Positions 9,814 to 19,504 are shown, numbered from the stretch's first letter. The stretch is 64,000 nucleotides of DNA from Lachnospiraceae bacterium (GCA_035271065.1 DATESB010000132.1:6552-70551); one strand, 5' to 3'. Translations and numbers: made by a program. Notes: generated by a model not told the origin, from the letters alone.

Positions 9814-12453
9814 TTACTGTATTTGTGATTCCAGCACCTTTGTGGCTTCTGCTAATGCTGCATCAATTCCTGCCGGATTCTTGCCGCCTGCCTGTGCCAT
9901 ATTGGGGCGTCCACCGCCGCCACCACCGACAAGTCCTGCAATTCCTTTGATTAAATTACCGGCATGTGCGCCCTTTGCCATTGCTGCATCGGTTGCCATT
10001 GCAATCAAGTTTACCTTGTCGTCTGCTGCTGAAATAATCACAACAACACCATCTGAAAGTTTCTCTTTTAACTGGTCACCAAGGTCACGAAGTCCATTCA
10101 TATCGACTCCGTCTACTCTTGTTGCAAGTAGCTTCACACCTTTGACTTCCGTCACTTGATCCATAACATCGCCAAGTGCTTCCTTGGCTGCTTTGCTCTT
10201 AAGCGACTCAATCTCAGACTGCAGCGCTTTCATTTCTGCGGACATGTGATTTAACTTCTCAATCAGGGATGCCGGATTGGTTTTCACAATCTTTGCTGCC
10301 TGCTCTACGGTCTCTTCTAATTCTCTGTAATATGCAAATACACCGTTACCGGTCAATGCTTCAATTCTTCTGACACCTGCAGCAATACCTGCTTCGGATA
10401 CAATCTTAAATGCTGCAATTGTATTGGTATTCACAACATGTGTCCCACCACATAATTCTGTTGAGAAGTCCCCCATCTTGACAACGCGTACGGTATCTCC
10501 GTATTTCTCACCAAACAGTGCCATTGCGCCTGATTTCTTGGCATCTTCTATAGACATTTCCTTGGTATCAACCACAAGTCCGGCAGCAATTTCATCATTG
10601 ACGATTTGCTCCACTTGTGCAAGTTCTTCCGGTGTCATTGCTGAAAAATGACTAAAGTCAAAACGCAATCTGTCGTTATTAACAAAGGAACCTGCCTGTT
10701 CTACATGCGTACCAAGTACGGTTCTGAGCGCTTTCTGTAATAAATGGGTTGCGCTGTGGTTCTTACAGGTATTCATTCTGTTGGTTTCGTCTACTTTCAG
10801 TGTAACAGTATCTCCCACCTTGAACATACCCTTGGTCACTTTTCCGATATGACCGATTTTACCGCCCGGAAGCTTTGCAGTATCTTCTACCTTAAATTCG
10901 CTGTCTCCTGCAGTAATATATCCAATATCAGCAGACTGTCCACCCATGGTTGCATAGAAAGGCGTTTCATCTACAATAATCGTACCGATATCTCCGTCAG
11001 CCAGTCCGTTAACTACCTCTTCTTCCGTTGTTAGCGCTGATATCTTCGATGAATGTGTTAGTCTGTCATAGCCTACAAATTCAGAAGTAATTGCTGTATC
11101 AATTTCCTCATATACAGTTGCGTCAGCGCCCATATAATTGGTCACTTTTCTTGCCTTACGTGCCATGTCTTTTTGCTCTTTCATAGCTGCCGCAAAACCG
11201 GCTTCGTCTACGGTATAATTCTGTTCTCCTAATATTTCCTTCGTCAAATCAAGAGGGAAACCATAGGTATCATGTAACTTAAATGCATCGGTTCCTGACA
11301 GTTCTGTCTTGCCGTCCTTTTTCATCTGTGCACACATTTCATTCAAGATAGAAAGTCCCTGGTCGATTGTCTTATTGAACTTTGCTTCTTCTTGGGTCAA
11401 TACATTAAAAATAAAGTCTTTCTTCTCAAACAGTTCCGGATATCCGTCCTTTGAACCTTCAATGACTGTCTCAGACAGTTTAGCAAGAAACATTCCGTCT
11501 ATTCCAAGTAATCTGCCATGTCTGCTGGCACGTCTGATAATTCTTCTGAGCACATAACCGCGTCCTTCATTGGTCGGCATAATGCCGTCTGAAATCATGA
11601 AAGATGCGGAACGTATATGGTCTGTTACAATTCTGATAGACACATCCCATTTATATTCTTTCTTATATTCTTTACCGGCAAGTTCACAGACTTTTGTACG
11701 CAATGCACAAATCGTATCGACATCGAATATGGAGTCAACTTCCTGTACCACGGTTGCCAATCTTTCGAGTCCCATTCCGGTATCGATGTTCTTATTTTCA
11801 AGTAATTCGTAATTGCCTTTGCCGTCACTGTCAAACTGTGTGAATACATTGTTCCAGATTTCAATATATCTGTCGCAATCACAGCCTACTGTACAATCCG
11901 GCTTGCCACAGCCATACTGCTCACCGCGGTCATAATAGACCTCTGAACAAGGACCGCAAGGGCCTGAACCATGCTCCCAGAAATTATCTTCCTTACCAAA
12001 TCTAAAGATTCGCTCCGGTGCAATTCCGATTTCTTTATTCCATATATCAAATGCCTCATCGTCCTCTAAATAAACAGAAGGATACAATCTGTCCGGCTCT
12101 AACCCAACCACTTCCGTTAAGAACTCCCAAGTCCATGCAATTGCTTCATGCTTAAAATAATCGCCGAATGAGAAATTACCGAGCATTTCAAAAAATGTTC
12201 CGTGACGTGCAGTTTTACCGATATTCTCAATATCACCGGTTCTGATGCACTTCTGGCAGGTTGCCATACGCTTACAAGGCGGTATCTCCTGTCCTGTAAA
12301 ATAAGGCTTCAAAGGCGCCATGCCCGCATTAATCAGAAGTAAACTGTTATCATTATGAGGTACCAGCGAATAACTGCCCCTTACCAAATGACCTTTACTT
12401 TCAAAGAAGTCCAAAAACATTTTTCTTAATTCATTTACGCCGTATTTTTTCAC
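9814..12453 (-). CDS. alaS: Alanine--tRNA ligase
   Basis: 879 aa with class II AlaRS core, editing domain and C-terminal GGGGGRPNMAQAGG motif. GTG start with GGAGG SD. Confidence 0.97.
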   Translation of the reverse strand: MKKYGVNELRKMFLDFFESKGHLVRGSYSLVPHNDNSLLLINAGMAPLKPYFTGQEIPPCKRMATCQKCIRTGDIENIGKTARHGTFFEMLGNFSFGDYFKHEAIAWTWEFLTEVVGLEPDRLYPSVYLEDDEAFDIWNKEIGIAPERIFRFGKEDNFWEHGSGPCGPCSEVYYDRGEQYGCGKPDCTVGCDCDRYIEIWNNVFTQFDSDGKGNYELLENKNIDTGMGLERLATVVQEVDSIFDVDTICALRTKVCELAGKEYKKEYKWDVSIRIVTDHIRSASFMISDGIMPTNEGRGYVLRRIIRRASRHGRLLGIDGMFLAKLSETVIEGSKDGYPELFEKKDFIFNVLTQEEAKFNKTIDQGLSILNEMCAQMKKDGKTELSGTDAFKLHDTYGFPLDLTKEILGEQNYTVDEAGFAAAMKEQKDMARKARKVTNYMGADATVYEEIDTAITSEFVGYDRLTHSSKISALTTEEEVVNGLADGDIGTIIVDETPFYATMGGQSADIGYITAGDSEFKVEDTAKLPGGKIGHIGKVTKGMFKVGDTVTLKVDETNRMNTCKNHSATHLLQKALRTVLGTHVEQAGSFVNNDRLRFDFSHFSAMTPEELAQVEQIVNDEIAAGLVVDTKEMSIEDAKKSGAMALFGEKYGDTVRVVKMGDFSTELCGGTHVVNTNTIAAFKIVSEAGIAAGVRRIEALTGNGVFAYYRELEETVEQAAKIVKTNPASLIEKLNHMSAEMKALQSEIESLKSKAAKEALGDVMDQVTEVKGVKLLATRVDGVDMNGLRDLGDQLKEKLSDGVVVIISAADDKVNLIAMATDAAMAKGAHAGNLIKGIAGLVGGGGGGRPNMAQAGGKNPAGIDAALAEATKVLESQIQ

Positions 12454-12491
12454 GAGCTCATCCTCCGATTTTACAAAATATCAGTATTTCA

Positions 12492-12520
12492 TATTATAGT
12501 TTTTATTTATTCCCTTGTCA
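12492..12520 (-). promoter_or_regulatory. Sigma-A-type promoter for alaS
   Basis: On the minus strand: TTGACA, 17 nt, TATAAT. There is no room for a T-box leader. Confidence 0.65.
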
Positions 12521-12540
12521 ATCATTCCGACTGCTTTCTT

Positions 12541-13743
12541 TCAAGCCTCAGACTTCTTTTTCGTTCTGCTTCTCAACACTGACACTCCGATGCACATTAC
12601 TATAGGAAACATAATCGCACATAACAATCCGGTTTTAAGTCCGTTATCACCGCCGGTCGCATTGGATATAACACCAACTAAGGCAGGTCCTGATGCACAA
12701 CCGATATCTCCTGCTACTGCAAAGAGTGCAAACACTGCTGTACCACCACTTCTGCAACGCTCTCCCGCAATGGAGAAGATGCCGGGCCACATGATACCGA
12801 CTGAGAAGCCGCACATTGCACAACCAATCAGCGCCAATAGCGGGAATGGTGAAAATACTGCAATCAAATAACTAACCACACATAACAAACTGCTTCCGAT
12901 GATAAATTTCTTTAAATTGATGCGCTGCCCCATTTTCCCATAAATCAATCTGGATAGCCCCATACAGATTGCAAACGCACATGGACCAAGTAAATCACCA
13001 ACTGTTTTGCTGACACCCAAGCCTAACTCTGCAAAGATAGAAGACCATTGCGACATTGCCTGTTCTGATGCTCCTGCACAAATCATCAGCAGAAATAAGA
13101 GCCAGAAAATACCGGTCTTTAGCGTTTTGCGAAGCGGTACACGCTCCTCTTCCTCTACCAACTTATAAAGTGGTATCTTTGCAAACAGGAACACATCAAA
13201 TAATGGAACCAACGCCCATATCATAGGCAGATACATCCAATTTTGTATTCCTGCAGTACTAAAATACAGGGTTGATAAAATAACAACTCCAACATGTCCC
13301 CAGCAATAGAAAGAATGTAATAAACTCATTGCAGATGCCTTCTGTTTCTGTGGTAAAGGTATCGCCTCCACAACAGGACTGACCAATACCTCCAGCAGAC
13401 CGCCGCCAATGGCATTGAGCATCGTTGCAATGATTAATCCAACGTAAGCATTCGGCATAACATTCGGCAACAGTCCAAGTGAAACCAATCCAATAGCTGA
13501 TATCACAAATGACAATATGCCACTGGCACGATAACCGATTTTGTCAACAAATTTGACTGATATCAAATCCACCGCAATCTGCGTGCAGAAATTAATCGAT
13601 ATCAAGATACTGATTGCTGCCAGTGAAATACCAAACTGCTTATGGAATGTTAAAAATAACAAAGGCGATAAATTGTTGATAATCGCCTGTGTTATGTACC
13701 CTATATAGCATGCATATAATGTATGTCTGTCGTTAAATTTCAT
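12541..13743 (-). CDS. MFS transporter
   Basis: 400 aa with about 12 TM helices and MFS-like loop motifs. The start overlaps the asnA stop by 1 nt (TAATG). Confidence 0.8.
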   Translation of the reverse strand: MKFNDRHTLYACYIGYITQAIINNLSPLLFLTFHKQFGISLAAISILISINFCTQIAVDLISVKFVDKIGYRASGILSFVISAIGLVSLGLLPNVMPNAYVGLIIATMLNAIGGGLLEVLVSPVVEAIPLPQKQKASAMSLLHSFYCWGHVGVVILSTLYFSTAGIQNWMYLPMIWALVPLFDVFLFAKIPLYKLVEEEERVPLRKTLKTGIFWLLFLLMICAGASEQAMSQWSSIFAELGLGVSKTVGDLLGPCAFAICMGLSRLIYGKMGQRINLKKFIIGSSLLCVVSYLIAVFSPFPLLALIGCAMCGFSVGIMWPGIFSIAGERCRSGGTAVFALFAVAGDIGCASGPALVGVISNATGGDNGLKTGLLCAIMFPIVMCIGVSVLRSRTKKKSEA

Positions 13744-14753
13744 TATAGTAGATGAACTCCTCTGCTCTCTGCATATGCAGTTGCTTCATCTGTCCAGATG
13801 GAACTCTGCACTTCACCGATATGCGCTTTGCGTAAGAAGAACATGCATATTCTGGATTGTCCGATACCACCGCCAATGGTATAAGGAAGTTCTTGATTTA
13901 ATAATGCTTTTTGGAACGGTAGTTTGGCACGTTCCGGGCAGCCTGCTTTTTTAAGCTGTTCTTTAAGGGCTGTTTCATCTACACGGATTCCCATTGAGGA
14001 TAATTCAAGCGCCAAATCAAGTACCGGATAATAAACAATAATATCACCATTCAGGCTCCAATCATCATAGTCCGGTGCTCTTCCGTCATGTCTTTCTCCG
14101 GAAGCCAATTTATCGCCAATCTGCATTAAGAAAATTGCGCCATACTGCTTTGCTGCTTTATTTTCACGCTCCTTTGGTGTACAATCCGGATATTTATCTT
14201 CCAATTCCTGTGTTGTGATGAACTTAATCTTATCGGGTAATATCTTTTTGATTTCAGGGTATCTTGCATTGATAAATACTTCTGTATTCTTAAGTGCTTC
14301 ATACACGCGCTCAACAACTGATTTAAGCGTCTTAGTATTGCGTTCTGATTTGCTGATAATCTTCTCCCAGTCCCATTGGTCCACGTAAAGGGAATGCAGA
14401 TTGTCAGTATCCTCATCACGTCTGATCGCACTCATATCTGTATATAAGCCTTCGCCTTTTACAAAGCCGTATTTCTGAAGTGCCATACGTTTCCATTTTG
14501 CAAGGGAATGTACGATTTCTGCTTCGGCATCATTCTGCTCTTTGATACCAAAGGTGACAGGACGCTCTACGCCATTCAGATTGTCATTCAAGCCTGACTC
14601 AGGCTTTACAAATAAGGGGGCAGATACTCTGGTCAAATTCAACTCTTTGGCAAGTGCCCTCTCAAAATAGTCTTTTACGTCTTTGATTGCTATTTCTGTT
14701 TCCTTGATTGTTCCTGTACTTTTATATCCTTCCGGTATTATGATATTCGTCAT
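13743..14753 (-). CDS. asnA: Aspartate--ammonia ligase (asparagine synthetase A)
   Basis: 336-aa class-II aaRS-like AsnA with full-length similarity pattern (LTRVSAPLF..., GGGIGQSRICMFFL). Confidence 0.93.
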   Translation of the reverse strand: MTNIIIPEGYKSTGTIKETEIAIKDVKDYFERALAKELNLTRVSAPLFVKPESGLNDNLNGVERPVTFGIKEQNDAEAEIVHSLAKWKRMALQKYGFVKGEGLYTDMSAIRRDEDTDNLHSLYVDQWDWEKIISKSERNTKTLKSVVERVYEALKNTEVFINARYPEIKKILPDKIKFITTQELEDKYPDCTPKERENKAAKQYGAIFLMQIGDKLASGERHDGRAPDYDDWSLNGDIIVYYPVLDLALELSSMGIRVDETALKEQLKKAGCPERAKLPFQKALLNQELPYTIGGGIGQSRICMFFLRKAHIGEVQSSIWTDEATAYAESRGVHLL

Positions 14754-14776
14754 AATTGCTCCCGCCTTTCTCTCAT

Positions 14777-14820
14777 AAAAATATCTCAGTATGTTATACT
14801 ACTGCACACTGAGATATTTT
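14777..14820 (-). terminator. Strong hairpin between the DUF2812 gene and asnA (bidirectional-looking terminator)
   Basis: 13-bp perfect stem AAAATATCTCAGT / ACTGAGATATTTT, flanked by A and T runs. It ends about 25 nt before the asnA SD. Confidence 0.65.
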
Positions 14821-14859
14821 ATCACTTCATTGCACTCTTTTCCAGTACTTTCGGTAATT

Positions 14860-15405
14860 TTATGTCTTATTCATTCTTTCTTTCATTTTCTGCATTCCGC
14901 ATTGCAGCCACACAACAATGGCAGCCGCCAGAATAACAGGCAGTATATCACTGTATTGGCGTGCAAAAATGACATCATACAGACATACAAGCCCAAGGAT
15001 TCCTTCCATAAACTGCAGTGCCCTTCCAAGTCTGAGCCATCTGGTTACCATTTCGTTATAGGATGCTTGGTCGGAATAAATCTCATATTCGCCGGCGGGT
15101 AGTGTCGGGTCATATTTCTTTTTGAAATAATTCCAGCCGTTGTAAGTTGAATTTATATACTCCCAGCCCTGACTTTCAAAAAAACCAACGTATCTTTCCT
15201 TTTCCGTTTTCGAACCAATCGCATCCGGATTATAGTCGATTTTATGTCTGTACTGGCATGTAGTATCCTTCTGATAGGCCGTATGAAAGCATCCGCCTTT
15301 TATGAGTTGCCAACCGTTTCTTGACTGTTGATCCAGTGCCATTTCTTCTTTATCAACATTCCATGCTGCATATACAGCATATGATTTTTTGATTTGTTTC
15401 TCCAT
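14860..15405 (-). CDS. DUF2812 domain membrane protein (PadR partner)
   Basis: Pattern W..E.wL...GW.L...F.F.k...Y.Y..D with C-terminal TM helices. Start at MEKQIKK with GGAGG SD. Follows a PadR gene, as is usual for this family. Confidence 0.8.
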   Translation of the reverse strand: MEKQIKKSYAVYAAWNVDKEEMALDQQSRNGWQLIKGGCFHTAYQKDTTCQYRHKIDYNPDAIGSKTEKERYVGFFESQGWEYINSTYNGWNYFKKKYDPTLPAGEYEIYSDQASYNEMVTRWLRLGRALQFMEGILGLVCLYDVIFARQYSDILPVILAAAIVVWLQCGMQKMKERMNKT

Positions 15406-15458
15406 GATATGATATCCTCCGTTATAATCCAATAAAGACTAATTCTCTATCAATTGTA

Positions 15459-15788
15459 TCATTTGGTAGCATTCGTCACTTTGTCGGCATTATCAACTAG
15501 TTCATGCAGACGCTTTATTTCAGCCTCCAGCACTTGTCTTCCGTCTGCTGTCATTTCATACATCCGCTTGTTTTTCTCTTCCGGGCCCAATGTCATTGTT
15601 TCATTGAGCCAGCCTTTTTTCATCATATTACTGACTGCACCGTACATGGTGCCGGAACCGATTTTCACTCGATTTGCCGACAAGCGGAGGGTTTCCTGCA
15701 TAATACCGTATCCATGCAAAGGCTCATGGTACAAGCATAATAAAATGTAGAAATAACTTTCTGTCAACGGCTCATGATTCATCATCAT
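15459..15788 (-). CDS. PadR family transcriptional regulator
   Basis: Winged-helix PadR signature (YILLCLYHEPLHGYGIMQ...GTMYGAVSNMMKKGWL). Confidence 0.9.
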   Translation of the reverse strand: MMMNHEPLTESYFYILLCLYHEPLHGYGIMQETLRLSANRVKIGSGTMYGAVSNMMKKGWLNETMTLGPEEKNKRMYEMTADGRQVLEAEIKRLHELVDNADKVTNATK

Positions 15789-16680
15789 TCGCAGCCACCC
15801 CCTTATTACGTCTCCATAATATAATCAGTGCAACTAGCGGAACAATCGGTGCAAACACCCAAATCCAGTCCATATTCAGTACCTCTTTCGGGAGCAGGGA
15901 AAGCAGTCTGGGTGTAAGGTTATAAACAAAGTGAAAAAAAATTGCCGGCAGTACAGAATTGGTCTTGTAAACTGCATATCCTGTCGCAAGTCCTAACGGT
16001 AATACATATAATCCCTGTACAATATTTGTATGGAGAATGCCAAACAAAACCGCAGACATGATTACAGCAGCTACTGCCGGAATATTGTTCAATGCTTTTC
16101 TCAAAACAAGTCCTCTTAAAAAACATTCTTCACTAATTGGCGCCAATATCACTGCCGTAATGAAAGCAAGGACTCCGTTTCCACCCAGTACCATGTTCAT
16201 AGTATTCGAATATTTTTCTACTTTCGCAGGGTTCACAATCGAAATAACAGTAACCACATCCAGTGCAATCAGATAGCAGGTAATGGCTGCAAGTATAAAC
16301 ATCACTGTATTATTTGCACAGAATACATTCTTAATCGTTCCTTTTAACTTCTCCATTGAATACTTTTTTGCATACTTCAGTTTATACCATAATACAAAAA
16401 TGATCGCACAAATCAATGTAGCGATTGTTGCAACAGGTGTCAGGAATTCGGCGGACATGGCCTCTTCTTGATACTTCGTCATTAAATCTGCCATTTCCAT
16501 CGTTCCCTGTGCCATGATTGAAACCATTTTAATGATACCTGCTACTAATCCAACTAAACCTTGAATGGCAAGATATAACAAAACCATACCAATCCCGGAC
16601 AGTATTGTCTTCGCCCACTTGCCTGCTTTACTTTCTTTTTTTACGACGGGTGTCTCCTGCATTTGCATATTGTCTTCCAT
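15772..16680 (-). CDS. CPBP family intramembrane glutamic endopeptidase (CAAX/Abi)
   Basis: Multi-TM protein with EECFLRG (EExxxR) and FGILH motifs. Confidence 0.85.
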   Translation of the reverse strand: MEDNMQMQETPVVKKESKAGKWAKTILSGIGMVLLYLAIQGLVGLVAGIIKMVSIMAQGTMEMADLMTKYQEEAMSAEFLTPVATIATLICAIIFVLWYKLKYAKKYSMEKLKGTIKNVFCANNTVMFILAAITCYLIALDVVTVISIVNPAKVEKYSNTMNMVLGGNGVLAFITAVILAPISEECFLRGLVLRKALNNIPAVAAVIMSAVLFGILHTNIVQGLYVLPLGLATGYAVYKTNSVLPAIFFHFVYNLTPRLLSLLPKEVLNMDWIWVFAPIVPLVALIILWRRNKGVAANDDES

Positions 16681-16776
16681 TTCTATTCTCCTCTTTTTCG
16701 TCTGTCGGCGCTCGTTATATCGCTCTTCGGTATATCGCCGTACGCTGTGTCGTCGCTCGACATATTTTATGAATAG

Positions 16777-16805
16777 AGATTATCATACTATATGTCGTCT
16801 GTCAA
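16777..16805 (-). promoter_or_regulatory. Candidate promoter of the CPBP-PadR-DUF2812 operon
   Basis: TTGACA -35 (rc of 16800-16805) with a weak -10 (GATAAT or TAATCT). Bracketed by the inverted repeat CGACATAT / ATATGTCG (16758-16765 / 16790-16797). Confidence 0.45.
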
Positions 16806-16825
16806 CATATAATTTCGAAATACAT

Positions 16826-16859
16826 AAAAAAAGAGACGCAACTGCTTGTCACGCCTCTC
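16826..16859 (-). terminator. Intrinsic terminator after pyk
   Basis: GAGAGGCG...CGCGTCTC-type stem followed by T7 on the minus strand. Confidence 0.65.
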
Positions 16860-16875
16860 AAAATACTCATAAAAC

Positions 16876-18294
16876 CTATACGCTCTCTACCTTCAATAGA
16901 TTGGTGTTTCCTGATGTATCCAGCGGTACACCTGCAACAATGACAACTACATCGCCCTTTTCCACCACATCAATTTGTCTGGCACATGCGATGGCATGCT
17001 GAAACAATTCGTTTTGTGTCTGCTGATATAAGGCGCGCACCGGATACACGCCCCATGACAATGCCAACTGGTGGAATGTTCTGTCCTCGGGAGTTGCTGC
17101 TACAATAGGTACCTGCGGACGAAACTTCGACATACGTCGAGCCGTCTGTCCTGACTTCGTTACTGCTATAATTGCCTTTGCCCCGATGTCTCTTGCTGTC
17201 GTACATGCCGCATCACATACTGCATTTGTTGTATCGTCCATATCCATTTCATAATGGAAATTCTTATTCTTCAGAATGTCAAAATAGTCATGTTCCGCCT
17301 GACGTGCAACCTTCGCCATAACTTCCACCGCAAGCACCGGATACTGTCCCATTGCCGTCTCACCGGAGAGCATCACCGCACTTGTTCCGTCAAATACAGC
17401 ATTGGCAACATCGGTAATCTCCGCTCTGGTCGGGTGCGGATGCTGAATCATAGACTCTAACATCTGTGTTGCCGTAATCACCATTTTACCTGATTGATAA
17501 CACTTCTTAATAAAACGCTTCTGCAAGCCCGGTAACCGTTCAAATTCTACTTCAACACCCATATCACCACGTGCTACCATAATACCGTCTGAATGCTTCA
17601 AGATTTCATCAAAGTTATCAATGCCTTCTACATTTTCAATTTTAGAAATCAAACGAATATCTTGACCTCCGTAATAGTCTACAAATTTGCGGAGTTCCAT
17701 AATATCCTCTTTGCAGCGTACAAATGATGCTGCAATAAATTCAACGCCCTGTTCTACACCAAACTTCACATCTGCTTTATCTGCCTCAGACATATAGGGC
17801 ATATTCAAATGTACACACGGAACATTAATTCCCTTGTGGTTGCTAACATCACCACCAACAATTACTTCACAGACTATATCCGTATCAGTTGTACTCTTAA
17901 CAAGCAGATTGATACTTCCGTCATCAATCAATATTGTGTTGCCTGCTTCCACTTCTTTCGGTAATTCCTGATAGGTAATGGAAACAATCTGATTGGTTCC
18001 CTCAACCTCTCTTGTAGTCAAAGTGAATTCACTGCCTTCTTCCAATACTACTTTACCTTCTGCAAAATCTTTGGTTCTGATTTCCGGTCCTTTTGTATCC
18101 AGCAAAATTGCAAGTGAGACATTCATCTCATCTCTTAACCGCTTAATCAAATCTATATTTTCCTTATGATACTCATGTGTACCATGTGAAAAATTCAGAC
18201 GGGCAACATTCATACCCTTCTCTATCATCTGTCGTAAAACTTCTTCCTTTTGACTCGCCGGTCCAAGCGTACATACAATCTTTGTTTTCTTCAT
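16876..18294 (-). CDS. pyk: Pyruvate kinase
   Basis: 472 aa. MKKTKIVCTLGPAS... and the MVARGDLG-type motif (IMVARGDMGVE). Confidence 0.96.
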   Translation of the reverse strand: MKKTKIVCTLGPASQKEEVLRQMIEKGMNVARLNFSHGTHEYHKENIDLIKRLRDEMNVSLAILLDTKGPEIRTKDFAEGKVVLEEGSEFTLTTREVEGTNQIVSITYQELPKEVEAGNTILIDDGSINLLVKSTTDTDIVCEVIVGGDVSNHKGINVPCVHLNMPYMSEADKADVKFGVEQGVEFIAASFVRCKEDIMELRKFVDYYGGQDIRLISKIENVEGIDNFDEILKHSDGIMVARGDMGVEVEFERLPGLQKRFIKKCYQSGKMVITATQMLESMIQHPHPTRAEITDVANAVFDGTSAVMLSGETAMGQYPVLAVEVMAKVARQAEHDYFDILKNKNFHYEMDMDDTTNAVCDAACTTARDIGAKAIIAVTKSGQTARRMSKFRPQVPIVAATPEDRTFHQLALSWGVYPVRALYQQTQNELFQHAIACARQIDVVEKGDVVVIVAGVPLDTSGNTNLLKVESV

Positions 18295-18628
18295 CCTTGT
18301 TCTCCTTCAACCAAATACATATAGGGGCTTCGCCCTCACGTATTCTATCATAACATAAGATGAAAATTTTGTCTTTTTCAATTTCTTAACAGGGTCTTAG
18401 CCGATTTTTCATTGATAATTTATTTTTGTTTTAGATTCCGTACACGATTTCGTCACATTTATCTTTTATACTTTTAACTATCAAATGAAGTTAACCGCGA
18501 GTACGCACGAACAGGATGCGCATGACTTACATAAGGCGTATTTGCCCCGTTAGCTTCGACAAACAATTATTTCCCTTCATATAGATTTTTCTCCTTCAGG
18601 GAGCCGGAGTCGCCGGCTCCTTTAACGT

Positions 18629-19471
18629 TTACTCTAAATCTATTTTCACTGCCTGCTGTATCAATAATTGTTTAATCTTTCTGAAACTTTCCCTCGGGAT
18701 TGGCAGAATGGTACCATCCGTTAAGAATAGTTTATAATTTCTTGCTACCTCTACATACCTTGCATTGACCAGATGATGTCTGTGTGTACGAACAAATCCT
18801 TCTCCCAAATCCTGTTCTAAATGTTTGAGTCTTCTGAACATTGTAATCGTCTGTCCGTCACTCAGATAAGCAACCGTCTGGTGTGCCACTGCTTCAAAGC
18901 GAACAATCTTAGAACGAGATATGTAATGTACGGACTGCTTAATATCACGCAGTGCCACTCTCTCTGCCGTCTGCGCATAATTCATTAATTCTTCCAGTTT
19001 ATTAATGCTCAAATGAGACGCATCAATTGGTGCCTCTTTCGTCTCCAAACCAATTGAAATATGTAAATGAAGACCGTACCAGCCTTCCTTCGCAACGCCT
19101 TCTTTTTGCAGGTCTTTTTCCTTGATGTATTTCCAGATGACTGTAATCCTCTGATTCACACGCTCCAGCATTTGATTCGGATAGCAAACCAGGAGTGCGC
19201 TATCCAGCATTGTGTAACAGCAACCTGTCGCTAACAGATATGATTTGCACATAATACTCTCTATATCATAACGAATCCCCGAGTTGTTTCTATTGGCCAA
19301 ATTTTGACGTATCGCATCTGCACCCACAATAATCTGTCCTTTTCCGACCGATAGCAAAACTGTCTGCGGATGAATATACGTATGCAGTAGCGTTGCATCT
19401 CCCATATAATATTGTGTCACTGCATCTATGGTGATTTTTTCTGTGTCTTTGTAAGTTCCTGTCATGGCCAT
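18629..19471 (-). CDS. One-component regulator: NTF2/SnoaL-like N-terminal domain fused to a LytTR DNA-binding domain
   Basis: The C-terminal ~95 aa carry the LytTR pattern (FVRTHRHHLVNARYV...ILPIPRESFRKIK). The N-terminal ~170 aa read like DUF4440/SnoaL (…RITVIWKY…GWYGLHLHIS). No receiver domain. Start probably M9 or M11 (AAGGAAGGG SD), not 19495. Confidence 0.7.
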   Translation of the reverse strand: MAMTGTYKDTEKITIDAVTQYYMGDATLLHTYIHPQTVLLSVGKGQIIVGADAIRQNLANRNNSGIRYDIESIMCKSYLLATGCCYTMLDSALLVCYPNQMLERVNQRITVIWKYIKEKDLQKEGVAKEGWYGLHLHISIGLETKEAPIDASHLSINKLEELMNYAQTAERVALRDIKQSVHYISRSKIVRFEAVAHQTVAYLSDGQTITMFRRLKHLEQDLGEGFVRTHRHHLVNARYVEVARNYKLFLTDGTILPIPRESFRKIKQLLIQQAVKIDLE

Positions 19472-19504
19472 ACCCTTCCTTATCAGTGTTCTCATTAATC
19501 AGTA

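Noticed and set aside
9842-11882. Multiple 60-105-aa ORFs on both strands inside alaS
   Set aside because: They are nested in a full-length, highly conserved AlaRS frame and have low-complexity translations. They are typical shadow ORFs.
12454-12540. Possible T-box leader upstream of alaS (and likewise glyQS at 27372-27395)
   Set aside because: The spacers are only 87 nt and 24 nt. The alaS spacer is fully accounted for by a consensus promoter and SD, so there is no room for a ~200-nt T-box.
16565-17002. 145-aa plus-strand ORF spanning the CPBP start, the intergenic region and the pyk 3' end
   Set aside because: It crosses a promoter and a terminator and is antisense to two solid genes. Its Cys/Arg/Ser-rich translation reflects repeats in non-coding DNA.
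18301-18526. About 230-nt untranslated region upstream of pyk, examined for a riboswitch
   Set aside because: I found only an extended -10 promoter (TGATAGAAT) and a weak GGGC-GAA-GCCC hairpin. There are no long-range pairings or terminator/antiterminator alternatives.
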